Below, piece after piece: positions 1-9,566 of a stretch of DNA of 32,000 nucleotides. Numbering within the stretch: the first letter of the stretch is position 1; the number at the start of each line of letters is the position of its first letter. The notes below the pieces were generated by a model. That model worked only from the letters and a program-made list of their open reading frames with translations. It was not told where the DNA came from and searched no databases. A program made the translations under genes and the position numbers. The DNA comes from an archaeon (lineage in GTDB: Archaea > Iainarchaeota > Iainarchaeia > Iainarchaeales > CSSED10-239), in contig JBBABY010000001.1 in NCBI GenBank assembly GCA_041657425.1, positions 138,494-170,493 on the forward strand. Reading direction: 5' to 3'.

Positions 1-995
1 GTAATTTCTTTAATGTCTGCAATTAACTTAACGGTTTTATCAAAAGTATATTCTTTGTATTCTCCAGAATAATACATTTTTTCTAACTTGGTTCCGCCGA
101 TTACTAAGCAAGGATATATCTTAATCATATCTGGGCAGAAATCAGGATTGTTAAATATTTTTTTAAAAGAATCTAAGTCTTTTTTGTAATCGCTCCCAGG
201 TAATCCTAGCATTACATGATATAGCACTTTAAATCCCGCATCCTTTAATTCTTTAGTTGCTCTTATGATTTCTTTAACATCGTGCCCTCTATTTATAAAT
301 TTAAGAACTTTATTATTAATTATTTGTGCGCCAATTTCTACTCTTGTGCCTCCAAAATTAAGTAATCTTTCAATTGTTTCTTTATCACAAAAATCTGGTC
401 TTGTTTCAAAAGTTATTCCTACAATTCTGTTTTTAGAAATCATTGCTTTTTTCTTGAGTTTATTTAAATCTTTTTCAGTTTCTTTAGAATTAGTAATTTC
501 TTGTAAGACTGATTTAATAAATTCATCTTGATATTTTTTTTCTGTTGCAGGAAATGTTCCTCCCATAACAATTAATTCAATTTTATTAATGGGATGTCCT
601 GTAGCCTCTAATTGTTTTAATCTATCTTTAATCTGCGCTCGCGGATCAAAATTATTTCTCTTTGCTCTCATACTTGCAGGTTCAAAACCAGTATAGCTTC
701 TAGGAGCATTAGCCCAATTAGGGCAATATATACATTTTCCTGGACAATCTCCAGGCCTTGTCATTATTGCGACAATTGTAACTCCTGATTGTGTTCTCCC
801 TGGTTTAGTTATTAGAAATTCAGGAGGGTTAGTGATTCCAAGAGCAAAAAATATGTCTGAAGTTAATGGCATTTTCTTAAGTGCATATTTTTTAGAAAAT
901 TGTATTTTTTTGACTTCAAATTGTTGTTTAGACATTTTCTGAGTTGCACAGTTTTTAAAAAACTTAGCAATTTTCTTTTTGTATAATTCGTCCAT
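1..995 (-). CDS. elp3: Elp3-type radical SAM/acetyltransferase (tRNA U34 modification); N-terminal radical-SAM part only, C-terminus lies beyond the window edge
   Basis: Absent from the ORF track because it runs off the window. The reverse-strand reading frame is open from the ATG (cat at 993-995) to position 1. It translates as MDELYKKKIAKFF...GVTIVAIMTRPGDCPGKCIYCPNWANAPRSYTGFEPASMRA...IELIVMGGTFPA...ITFETRPDFC...RVEIGAQ...HVMLGLPGS. The CxxxCxxC cluster motif and flanking blocks match archaeal Elp3. Confidence 0.85.
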   Translation of the reverse strand, partial: MDELYKKKIAKFFKNCATQKMSKQQFEVKKIQFSKKYALKKMPLTSDIFFALGITNPPEFLITKPGRTQSGVTIVAIMTRPGDCPGKCIYCPNWANAPRSYTGFEPASMRAKRNNFDPRAQIKDRLKQLEATGHPINKIELIVMGGTFPATEKKYQDEFIKSVLQEITNSKETEKDLNKLKKKAMISKNRIVGITFETRPDFCDKETIERLLNFGGTRVEIGAQIINNKVLKFINRGHDVKEIIRATKELKDAGFKVLYHVMLGLPGSDYKKDLDSFKKIFNNPDFCPDMIKIYPCLVIGGTKLEKMYYSGEYKEYTFDKTVKLIADIKEI

Positions 996-1019
996 AATTA
1001 AAATAATTTAAAGAAAGAA

Positions 1020-1874
1020 TTATTCAGAGATAATTCTTATAACATTATTAAAGAAATAAACTGGTATTGAATTAAGTGAAAATGTAGGAAAATTATAAAG
1101 GTTTGCGCCATATAATGCACTTAAATCTTTTTGAATATATAATTTTGCATATTCTGTATTTCTTTCAAATAGCACTTTGTTAAAGAAAGTATTTGTTGGC
1201 AATAAATTGTTCTGCGTTTCCATGTCCGTATAAATATATATCTCGAAGTCTTTATCTCCAATAGATTTAGGCACAAACGAATAATTTACTTCAACAGTTC
1301 CGCTTGGCTGTAATACTACTACTTCGTTTTTTTTTAATTTTCCTGTGATTTTTGAATCAAACCAACTGATTGGCAAATTAGAGGAAACCGTAATTCTTTT
1401 TGTAGTTATAGATTTATTAATTACTTTTATTTTAATATCTTTCTTTACTCCAAATTTTATGGTTTTATCAAATGGCAAAATAAATGTGGAAATTGCATTA
1501 TTAGAAATATTTACTTTTAGATACGCGTCTTTTGTTTCATTTGTTTTGGTATTCTTTAGAACAACTCTTATTTGTTGATCTCCAATGGTATTTTCTTTTA
1601 TTCTTGCAATAGTAAATATGCTTTCTTTTGTAACTTGTGTATTTTCAAAAAAGATATAGTTTGCTCCAATTGCATCAGTAGTAATAACATCATATTCTTC
1701 GCCTTCATTTAGAAAAAAGCTTATTAAGAAATATTCTCCGGGAGCGACAGTTCCAAGTTCAATTGCACTATTGTCAATTTCGTCAGTCATTATTGGTTCA
1801 AGCATTTGTAGTGCGTGAATCTTTGGTACAATCAGTAAAATTATAAAAATTAAAAATATTTTTTTATTAAACAT
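1020..1874 (-). CDS. Hypothetical secreted/envelope protein with N-terminal signal peptide or anchor
   Basis: 284-aa ORF. The N-terminus MFNKKIFLIFIILLIVPKIHA is hydrophobic and the rest is beta-rich. No family recognised. Confidence 0.55.
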   Translation of the reverse strand: MFNKKIFLIFIILLIVPKIHALQMLEPIMTDEIDNSAIELGTVAPGEYFLISFFLNEGEEYDVITTDAIGANYIFFENTQVTKESIFTIARIKENTIGDQQIRVVLKNTKTNETKDAYLKVNISNNAISTFILPFDKTIKFGVKKDIKIKVINKSITTKRITVSSNLPISWFDSKITGKLKKNEVVVLQPSGTVEVNYSFVPKSIGDKDFEIYIYTDMETQNNLLPTNTFFNKVLFERNTEYAKLYIQKDLSALYGANLYNFPTFSLNSIPVYFFNNVIRIISE

Positions 1875-2004
1875 AAACTATTCCTTTTTTTCTTTTTTAA
1901 CAACTATATGTTAGTTATATATTATTTTTGTTATATATAATATATACTAAATTATTTATAAACCTAATTAAATTGTTTAGAAAGCTAATTAATACCGAAT
2001 AATT

Positions 2005-2622
2005 ATGAATACAAATTTAATAGACTCAAGATTTGCGATGTTAAAGAAACATCACGCACAAACATTACGAGATGCGATGGAGAAAGACCAAGTAGATTCT
2101 CCTGTAATTCCTTTTCTTTTAGAGGTGGTTAAGATTCCAGACATTTATACCTCGAGTAGTTGTTCAGGAAGATTAATGCTCCTTGGAGGAGATGAAGATG
2201 AAAATAAAAAGTTTTCAGGGTTTGTTAATAGATATCATAGATTAGTCACTTATGACGAAGTAAAAAGAGATGTAGAGAACTTTAATACAGGATATTTGTG
2301 GTTAAAAGTAGAACCCTTCATCTTTCATTTTGCAACTAAGGATTATGCAAAAGCAAAAGAAATACTTGATTTCTGTAGAGAACAAGGGCTTAAAAAAGCA
2401 GGGATAATCAGTGCAAAAGAGGGAAGATTTACTTGTGAAGTCACTCACACAGTATTTATTTCAACACTTATTAAAATTGACAAAAATCAATTAGTAACTG
2501 ATGATTATTTGAAGATATTAGTAGATATTGCAAATAAGAAATTAGAAATTAATTTTAAAAAGTTAGAAGAATTTGAAAATTCCTTTTTAAAGAAATTCCA
2601 AATTAAAGTTAAAGGCAAATAG
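2005..2622 (+). CDS. taw3: tRNA wybutosine/wyosine-synthesizing protein 3 (Taw3/TYW3 family methyltransferase)
   Basis: 205 aa. Has the signature YTSSSCSGRL motif followed by WLKVEPFIFHF and GLKKAGIIS blocks typical of TYW3/Taw3. Confidence 0.75.
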   Translation: MNTNLIDSRFAMLKKHHAQTLRDAMEKDQVDSPVIPFLLEVVKIPDIYTSSSCSGRLMLLGGDEDENKKFSGFVNRYHRLVTYDEVKRDVENFNTGYLWLKVEPFIFHFATKDYAKAKEILDFCREQGLKKAGIISAKEGRFTCEVTHTVFISTLIKIDKNQLVTDDYLKILVDIANKKLEINFKKLEEFENSFLKKFQIKVKGK

Positions 2623-2625
2623 TAC

Positions 2626-3603
2626 TTATTTTTTCTTCTTTTTTGGTTTATCTGCGATTTGTGCATTCTTAAGATAATTTTGGATTAGTGGCAAATATTC
2701 TGCAAATTGTTCTTTTTCTGTTTTATTTACCTTAAGACTACCAGAATCTAATTTTTTAGAAACCGATTGTAAAAGATTTGTAACTTCCATAGGAAAGATT
2801 ATTTTTGAAGATTGGCCTTCTCCGATTTTTTCAAGTGCTTTAATGTAATAGTAAAGCATTGTTTTATCTGACAATTGGTCTGTGGCGTCTCTAATTGCTA
2901 CAATTTTGGCTTTTTCAGATTCTGCATCTTCAAACACCGCAAGTTTTCTTTGAACTGCGGCTTTTTGGCGGTGCATTGATTCTATAATTTCTTCTGGAAT
3001 TTGAAGGTCTCTAATTTCAACTGCATTAATTTTAATTCCCCATTCTTTTGCAACGTCTTTTAATGATTCTGTAATTTTTTTGTTAATGGATTCTGTATTT
3101 GTAATGACATTAGCAAGATCGAATTCTCCAAGTACATCTCTTAATCTGGAGATTACATAAAGTGATGATGCTTTTTTATAATCTTCAACTTTAATAACAG
3201 AATTAATTACGCTTTCTTTAGCCGAATCTACAGAAAGGTAAAGTATTGCATCAATCGTTACTCTTATATTGTCTTTAGTAATAATTTGTTGAACAGGCAC
3301 ATCAACAACTTGTGTTCTTAATGACACAAGTACGTGTTTTTCAATAATCGGTAGCACTATTGTCCAACCAGGACCTCCCACCCTATTTACTTTTCCAAAT
3401 GTAAAGATTACTGCTCTCTCATAATCTTTTAGTTGTAATATTATATTTGAAGCAAATAATAAATATAAAAATGCAGAGCAAATCAGAATTATTAAGATTA
3501 TATTTTTTACGCTTTCATTTGTAATTAAAAATAAATTAATAATAATTACTAATGCAAATATAATTATTGCAAAAAACAAGTTTTTAATTTTTTGGTCGTT
3601 CAT
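2626..3603 (-). CDS. SPFH/band-7 (stomatin/prohibitin-like) membrane protein
   Basis: 325 aa with an N-terminal TM segment. The SPFH core reads ERAVIFTFGKVNRVGGPGWTIVLPIIEKHVLVSLRTQVVDVPVQQIITKDNIRVTIDAILY, followed by a coiled-coil and a lysine-rich tail. Confidence 0.85.
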   Translation of the reverse strand: MNDQKIKNLFFAIIIFALVIIINLFLITNESVKNIILIILICSAFLYLLFASNIILQLKDYERAVIFTFGKVNRVGGPGWTIVLPIIEKHVLVSLRTQVVDVPVQQIITKDNIRVTIDAILYLSVDSAKESVINSVIKVEDYKKASSLYVISRLRDVLGEFDLANVITNTESINKKITESLKDVAKEWGIKINAVEIRDLQIPEEIIESMHRQKAAVQRKLAVFEDAESEKAKIVAIRDATDQLSDKTMLYYYIKALEKIGEGQSSKIIFPMEVTNLLQSVSKKLDSGSLKVNKTEKEQFAEYLPLIQNYLKNAQIADKPKKKKK

Positions 3604-3737
3604 TTTTTAGCTCTGTTTACTTTTTATATATTAAGATAATATTTTAAATGCTTTTATATATTTAATCCTATATATATTATATAAATAACATTTATTAATC
3701 TTTTACAATTAAGTTGTAATTAAGAAAAGGTGCAATT

Positions 3738-5012
3738 TTGACTAAAACTGAAGATAAAAAAAAGGAAGTGCCTTTAATTCACGAGAAAGTATTGCCCGTT
3801 CAAGAGCATTTACTTATACTTACAGTTGATAGAGATAACGATATTGGAAAACAATTAGGAGTTTCTGGCCCAATTATTGGGTATGATAATAATTTAAAAT
3901 TAGCAACAGATTTAATTCTTAAAGATCCAGAAGAATCAGATGCAAATGCAATTTTTGCAACTCTGAAGAAATATACAGAATTAAAGAAAGATTATGTAGT
4001 CGAGATTGCAACATTAACTGGCCATTCAAAAGAGAATCTATTTTTTGCGGACAAAAACATCGCATTACAACTAAAAGGCGTTTTAGAAGTGTTTCCTGCA
4101 AGTGCGTTTGTTTTAGTTACAGACGGAGCCGAAGATGATCAGGTAGTTCCAATTATTCAAAACTTTGGGCCAATAATTTCTAAAGAAGTTGTAGTTGTAA
4201 GACAATCTCAAGCTCTAGAAAGCGTTTACTATACTGCAAAGAAAGCACTTAAAGATCCTGCATTCTCTAGAATTATTTTTGGAGTGCCTGCGATAATTTT
4301 ACTTTTATTCTTCTTTTTCAAAGTGTATGCGTTTCAAATAATTGCATTAGTTCTAGGAGTTTATTTCTTAATTAAAGGATTTAATTTAGAACCTAAATTG
4401 ATTAATTTTATCACAGATATTTTTTCTAGATTTTCAATATCAAGAATTAGTTTTCCGTTCTATATTGCAAGTCTATTTTTCTTAATATATACTATAGTTA
4501 CTGGTGCAAACTTATTTTTTGTAAATTCTAATTTTGTATTTTGGCAAAGAAGTATATTTGTATTAAGAGCAGTTTTATTATATTTGGTATTTTGTGTTGC
4601 AGCATATGTAGTGGGCGGAATAATTGATTTATTTTATTCGAGATCATTATATAAAATTGGAGAGTATATATTTGCACTTGTTGCTACATTTGTATTTTCT
4701 GGGTTGTTAGATATTTCTTTACAATTTGTATTAGGAGATTTGAAATTTCAGACATTTATATATGTGATTTTATTTTCTACATTATTCTTATTTATATTAC
4801 ATAGAATTACGAGTGTATTTGATATAACTAAAGATGTTACAGATTTACTGGTGGGGCTTCCCGTAGTTTCAAAGTATGGGGTTTGGTTAGGAGAGATAAT
4901 TGCTGTAGATAAAGATAGACAGACTGTCAGTTATAAGAATAGAAACGGCAGAGTAGTAACAGTTTTATCAAAAAAGCACTTCTTTATACAAGACGGACAA
5001 GTAATTATTTGA
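3738..5012 (+). CDS. DUF373-family archaeal integral membrane protein
   Basis: TTG start preceded by AAGGTG. The soluble N-terminal domain has LTVDRDNDIGKQLGVSGPIIG...DPEESDANAIF...VEIATLTGH...VLVTDGAEDDQVVPII...VVVRQSQALESVYY, followed by several TM helices. This is the classic DUF373 layout. Confidence 0.75.
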   Translation: MTKTEDKKKEVPLIHEKVLPVQEHLLILTVDRDNDIGKQLGVSGPIIGYDNNLKLATDLILKDPEESDANAIFATLKKYTELKKDYVVEIATLTGHSKENLFFADKNIALQLKGVLEVFPASAFVLVTDGAEDDQVVPIIQNFGPIISKEVVVVRQSQALESVYYTAKKALKDPAFSRIIFGVPAIILLLFFFFKVYAFQIIALVLGVYFLIKGFNLEPKLINFITDIFSRFSISRISFPFYIASLFFLIYTIVTGANLFFVNSNFVFWQRSIFVLRAVLLYLVFCVAAYVVGGIIDLFYSRSLYKIGEYIFALVATFVFSGLLDISLQFVLGDLKFQTFIYVILFSTLFLFILHRITSVFDITKDVTDLLVGLPVVSKYGVWLGEIIAVDKDRQTVSYKNRNGRVVTVLSKKHFFIQDGQVII

Positions 5013-5155
5013 GTTAGTGGTTTATATTCCAAACTTTTTACAAGATTTTAACGCAATTTTTTGAACAGAAAGGTATATATATTAATTGCCTAACAATATA
5101 ATTGAATTAGTAATATTAAAACTAAAAATAATAATAAAAAAGAGGTTTAAATAAC

Positions 5156-5434
5156 ATGTATAAATACGCAATAGCAAGACAACTTGCAACAAAAAAATTA
5201 ATAACAAATAGAGGAGATAATATCGGAAGACTTGTTGATTTAATGGTTAACGAAGTTACTGGAGATGTAGAGGCTTTATTAGTTGAAGTTGATCCATCAT
5301 CTAAAGTTGTTAAACAATTAGATATTCAAGGAAACTTAATTGAAGTACCATACAAGAGTGTACTTGCAGTTTCTGATGTTTTCGTAATCGATGAAAAAAC
5401 ATTATTAACAAAAGATGAAGGAACTTTTAATTAA
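5156..5434 (+). CDS. PRC-barrel domain protein
   Basis: 92 aa. LITNRGDNIGRLVDLMVNEVTGDVEALLVEV matches the PRC-barrel pattern. An AGAGG-like SD lies upstream. Confidence 0.6.
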   Translation: MYKYAIARQLATKKLITNRGDNIGRLVDLMVNEVTGDVEALLVEVDPSSKVVKQLDIQGNLIEVPYKSVLAVSDVFVIDEKTLLTKDEGTFN

Positions 5435-5500
5435 AGTTTCTCGCTTTTTTTCTTATTCTTTTTTTGTAATTTAAATTCTTATAATTAGTGTAGTTCTATT

Positions 5501-6577
5501 TCACTCTTTAATTTCTAAAATATAGCTTCTTGCTTTAGAGTCAATACTTTTGATTCTTAACTCTTTTTGATTTTTTGAGAAATAGTCATTTAGCTTGTTT
5601 ATGATTTCTGCAGGAGGAACTTTCTTGTCTTTAGCAATTGTTATTTGCGTGTTTAATTTATCGATAATTGGCATATACTCATATATCTTCTGGCCTTCAA
5701 TTTCAAGTATGTGCGCAATTTTAAGATAGTTTTCTTTTGTTTTTAGTTGGCTATCTCTAATTGAAAGTTGCTTATTCCCTTTTGTTGTTTCTTCTTTAGT
5801 GTCTAATTGCTTAATATTTTCCGAATAGTTATCGGAAATGCCTTTAAAGAATTCAATAATGTTTAATTTACATTCTCCTGTTTTTATAAGTATGATATAT
5901 CCGCTATTATTTTTATTTGCTTTAAGTTCTAATTCTGGAGTTAAAATGTCATATGATTTTTTGATTGTAGAAATAATTTCGTTCTTAGTTTTTATTTCTC
6001 CAATATATGCAGGAGAAACATTATATTCTTTAACAATATAGCTTATTGTCCCTTTAATATCTAAATCTTTAGTTTCAATAAGTAATTGTTCTTCTGTTGC
6101 GTTTTTTATATCTTTACTTTGGGGGAATATATATTTTTCATATTTCTTAACTGTTCTATCCTTCCATTCTTCTTTTTGTTTTGCAGTTATAATATTAAAT
6201 TCAAGATCTGTCAAGATTATATTCGAATTACTAAAAAATTCAAATATTAAATAATAAATATCAAGTTTAAAATATACTACTCTATTGTTTTTATCTTGTT
6301 TAATTTCGTGAATTTTTTGATTATAAAGTTTCTTTTTTAAAAATTTAATTAATCCTCCGCATTCAGAGTTTGTTGGATAAATTAATTCTGTTACAAAAAG
6401 GATTTGTGGAGTAACAATTAGTTCTTTAGTTTTAGTTTTGTGTATTTTAAATTTTAAAATATTATTTTCCTCATAATTAACTAATTGTATATTATTAATA
6501 TATCCATTCAAGAATTCATCTTCAAGTTCTTTAACGATATAAAAGAAAGCGGCGCTTGTAACATCTATTTTTTTCAT
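5501..6577 (-). CDS. NFACT-N domain protein (truncated Rqc2/FbpA-like ribosome quality control homolog)
   Basis: The N-terminal part MKKIDVTSAAFFYIVKELEDEFLNGYINNIQ...NRVVYFKL...NIILTD resembles NFACT-N, followed by a coiled-coil region. No NFACT-R/DUF814 part is visible. I prefer the ATG at 6577; the track's TTG at 6595 would overlap the upstream gene. Confidence 0.55.
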   Translation of the reverse strand: MKKIDVTSAAFFYIVKELEDEFLNGYINNIQLVNYEENNILKFKIHKTKTKELIVTPQILFVTELIYPTNSECGGLIKFLKKKLYNQKIHEIKQDKNNRVVYFKLDIYYLIFEFFSNSNIILTDLEFNIITAKQKEEWKDRTVKKYEKYIFPQSKDIKNATEEQLLIETKDLDIKGTISYIVKEYNVSPAYIGEIKTKNEIISTIKKSYDILTPELELKANKNNSGYIILIKTGECKLNIIEFFKGISDNYSENIKQLDTKEETTKGNKQLSIRDSQLKTKENYLKIAHILEIEGQKIYEYMPIIDKLNTQITIAKDKKVPPAEIINKLNDYFSKNQKELRIKSIDSKARSYILEIKE

Positions 6578-6581
6578 AAAC

Positions 6582-7640
6582 TTACTCTGTATCAATATAA
6601 TTGTTTTGATTATATTTATAAATTATTTTTTTAATTTTAAGATTATTATATTTATAATTTTCTAATAACTTTTTTTCGTCAGTGTTTATAAACATTTCAA
6701 ATGGCCCCTTTTGCGTTAAATCAAAGATATAGTGTTGATTCTTATATTTAGTTTTAACAAATGCGTGAGTTTTATCATCTTCAAGTAAAACCACAAACAC
6801 CATGGTTTCTTGGTCTCCTAGCCCTTGCATAGCAGAACATAACAAGGAAGACGCGTCTTGTTCATCAGCAATTTTAGTTTTAAATATAAGTGTTGCGTCC
6901 ATCCAATAAAGTACTTTTATATCAGTTTTTATAACTTCAATTTCTGATTTAAAAAACATATATATTTTTCTTAATGCTTCAATATAATCTTTAGAATATT
7001 CATAGCCAATTGGTTTATACTTAGAGACAATACTTTTAATTGTTAAATCATTAGGATTTACCATTGCTTTTATTTGAGAGATGGTCTTTTTTTCTTGTTC
7101 GTTAATATTATCTTTATATTTATCAAGTATTTGTTCGTAGTATTTATTTTGCAAATTATCTTGAATAGAGGTAGAGATATTTCTGGTTCCAGACAAGTTT
7201 TTTACAAAGTCTTCAAGTTCTTTTACTCTAGTTTTAAGATTATCTCTCTCTAACTTAGTTTCATTAAGTTCTCCTTTAAGTTTAATATTTTGAAATCTTA
7301 AATCTCCACCTGTGTCTTGGTTTTTTTGTAAGTTGGTAAGTTTTGATACTTCTGTATTTATTTCATTATCAATTTTTTCAAGTTCATTATTAATATACTT
7401 TAAAGTATTTGCATAAGAGTCATCGCTAATGCTTTTTGCACTATACTTAAATGATGCTTCTTCTTTCTTCTTTAATAGTTCTCTCTTTTTATCATTAAGA
7501 TTTTCAATCTTTTGCCAAGCATTCTGTTCTTGGCTAACTGGAACATTTATTCTTTTTCTAAGGTTAATATATGTAATTATAGTTCCAAATACCATTAGTA
7601 TAACTGCAATTATAATAACCTGTATAAAGTTTATATTCAT
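6582..7640 (-). CDS. Membrane-anchored coiled-coil protein with possible transglutaminase-like (Cys-His-Asp) C-terminal domain
   Basis: 352 aa with an N-terminal TM (IQVIIIAVILMVFGTIITYI) and a long coiled coil. The C-terminal stretch SSLLCSAMQGLG...THAFVKTKYKNQHYIFDLTQ has C, H and D spaced as in transglutaminase-like folds. The domain call is weak. Confidence 0.45.
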   Translation of the reverse strand: MNINFIQVIIIAVILMVFGTIITYINLRKRINVPVSQEQNAWQKIENLNDKKRELLKKKEEASFKYSAKSISDDSYANTLKYINNELEKIDNEINTEVSKLTNLQKNQDTGGDLRFQNIKLKGELNETKLERDNLKTRVKELEDFVKNLSGTRNISTSIQDNLQNKYYEQILDKYKDNINEQEKKTISQIKAMVNPNDLTIKSIVSKYKPIGYEYSKDYIEALRKIYMFFKSEIEVIKTDIKVLYWMDATLIFKTKIADEQDASSLLCSAMQGLGDQETMVFVVLLEDDKTHAFVKTKYKNQHYIFDLTQKGPFEMFINTDEKKLLENYKYNNLKIKKIIYKYNQNNYIDTE

Positions 7641-7862
7641 TTTGTATCTTTCTTTAATTATTGTTATTATTAATATATAGCTATAATTTATTTATATATA
7701 TTGTGATTTTTAACTTTTTAACTGCACTTTAATTAGATTACATAAATAATCCATTTATAAAGATTTACTTTCTATATATTATATAGCTAAAATATTTAAA
7801 TTAAGCTAAATATATTAGCAATTTACAAATTTGTTTATTATAAAAATATGGAGGAATAATGT

Positions 7863-9122
7863 ATGGCATCAACAAAACCAAAGATTAATGTTATCTTTAT
7901 TGGACACATTGATCACGGTAAGTCAACCACAGTTGGTCGTGTAATGTACGACACAAAAAATTTAAGTGACCAGGATTATAGAAAGTTACAAGCAATCGCT
8001 GAAGAAAAGGGAAAAGGAACATTTGCTTTCGCATACCTTATGGATGTAACTAAAGAAGAAAGAGACAGAGGAATTACAATTGATGTAAACTATAAGAAGT
8101 TAGATACTGAAAAATATAGTTTCACAGTAATTGATGCTCCAGGCCACCAAGATTATGTTAAGAACATGATTACAGGTACTGCTCAATCAGATGCTGCAGT
8201 TTTAGTAATTGCTGCAAAAGATGGAATAATGTCTCAAACTAAGGAACACGCTTTCCTTGCTCAAGTTATGGGTATTAAACAAATAATTATCGCAGTTAAC
8301 AAGATGGATGAAGTAAATTACACAGAAGAAGGATTTAATAAAGTAAAGACAGATATTCAAGCTTTATTAAAGGGAAAATTTAAGGATGATCAAATCCAAA
8401 TAGTTCCTATTTCTGCATGGAATGGAGAAAATATAATTAAAGCATCAGATAAAATGCCTTGGTATAAAGGCGTTAATTTAGTTGCAGCAATGAATAATTT
8501 TACAGCTCCAGAAGTATTAACAGGAAAGCCATTAAGATTACCAATTCAAGACGTTTATTCAATTAAAGGAGTCGGTATGGTTCCAGTTGGTAGAGTTGAA
8601 ACAGGTATCCTTAGACCAAATGATAAAGTAATCATTATGCCTGAAGGAATTGCTACACAAATAAAAACAGTTGAAGCACACCACGAACAATTACCAGAAG
8701 CAGGCCCAGGAGACAACATTGGTTTCAATATTAGAAATGTTGAAAAAGGAGCAATTAAAAGAGGTTCAGTTGTAGGTCCAGAGAACGATCCACCAACGGT
8801 TGCTGAATCATTCTTAGCTCAAATAATTGTGTTAAACCACCCAACAGCAATTACTGCTGGTTACACTCCGGTTTTCCACATACACACAGCACAAATGTCC
8901 TGTTCAATAACAGAACTTGTAAGAAAAGTTGCACCAACAGTTGAAGAGAATCCAAAGTTCTTAAAGACTGGAGATGCAGCAATAGTAAGAATTAAACCAA
9001 CACAACCACTTGTTTGTGAAACATTCAAGGACTTCCCACAATTAGGTAGATTCGCTATCAGAGATATGGGTAAGACAGTTGCAGCTGGAGTAATAACAGA
9101 AATAAAAAAGAGAGTTAAGTAA
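7863..9122 (+). CDS. tuf: Translation elongation factor aEF-1 alpha
   Basis: 419 aa with the G-domain motifs GHIDHGKST, DAPGH and NKMD. A GGAGG SD lies upstream, and the gene is followed by rps10 as in the conserved archaeal arrangement. Confidence 0.97.
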   Translation: MASTKPKINVIFIGHIDHGKSTTVGRVMYDTKNLSDQDYRKLQAIAEEKGKGTFAFAYLMDVTKEERDRGITIDVNYKKLDTEKYSFTVIDAPGHQDYVKNMITGTAQSDAAVLVIAAKDGIMSQTKEHAFLAQVMGIKQIIIAVNKMDEVNYTEEGFNKVKTDIQALLKGKFKDDQIQIVPISAWNGENIIKASDKMPWYKGVNLVAAMNNFTAPEVLTGKPLRLPIQDVYSIKGVGMVPVGRVETGILRPNDKVIIMPEGIATQIKTVEAHHEQLPEAGPGDNIGFNIRNVEKGAIKRGSVVGPENDPPTVAESFLAQIIVLNHPTAITAGYTPVFHIHTAQMSCSITELVRKVAPTVEENPKFLKTGDAAIVRIKPTQPLVCETFKDFPQLGRFAIRDMGKTVAAGVITEIKKRVK

Positions 9123-9157
9123 CTCTTTTTTTTAATTAAATTTTAAAAGGAAAAATT

Positions 9158-9466
9158 ATGCAAACAGCAAGAGTAATAGTTACAGGAACAGATTACAAAA
9201 AGGTTACAGATTTTTGCAATGAAATATTAGATGTTGCTTCAAAAAGTGGAGTAAAGCACACAGGAATAATCCCTTTAAAGACAAAGAGATTAGTTGTTCC
9301 ATTAAGAAGAGGAGTTTCAGCTGGTGGAACAGAAACCTATGAGAAATATCAATTAAGAATTCATAAAAGAATAATTGATATTAAGGCAGACGATAAAATC
9401 TTAAGAAGAATAATGAGAGTCGATGTGCCTACTGATCTTCAAATTGGTATTGAGTTAAAGAATTAA
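9158..9466 (+). CDS. rps10: 30S ribosomal protein S10 (uS10)
   Basis: 102 aa, ARVIVTGTDYKKVTDFCNEI...YEKYQLRIHKRIIDI, sitting directly downstream of tuf. Confidence 0.93.
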   Translation: MQTARVIVTGTDYKKVTDFCNEILDVASKSGVKHTGIIPLKTKRLVVPLRRGVSAGGTETYEKYQLRIHKRIIDIKADDKILRRIMRVDVPTDLQIGIELKN

Positions 9467-9479
9467 ATTTCTCAATTTC

Positions 9480-9510
9480 CTCTTTGTTAAAAAGAGCAGC
9501 AACAGTTTTT
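9480..9510 (+). terminator. Possible terminator after tuf-rps10: short hairpin CTCTTT-n5-AAAGAG followed by T5
   Basis: The stem arms at 9480-9485 and 9491-9496 are complementary, and a TTTTT run sits at 9506-9510. Archaeal termination usually relies on oligo-T tracts. Confidence 0.3.
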
Positions 9511-9566
9511 CAATTGCAAGTATATTAATCTTTTTTGTTTATAAAATTTTAACAAAGCAAAACTAA

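Noticed and set aside
265-531. 88-aa plus-strand ORF (and similar ORFs at 1345-1578, 3919-4101, 5838-6041, 7429-7680, 16421-16603, 17932-18174, 18575-18814, 21468-21677, 21819-22169, 22826-23017, 23141-23368, 25351-25569, 25754-25936, 29354-29548)
   Set aside because: Each is embedded antisense to, or out of frame with, a longer ORF that has clear motifs. Their peptides are Leu/Ile/Phe/Ser-rich, as expected from AT-rich non-coding frames.
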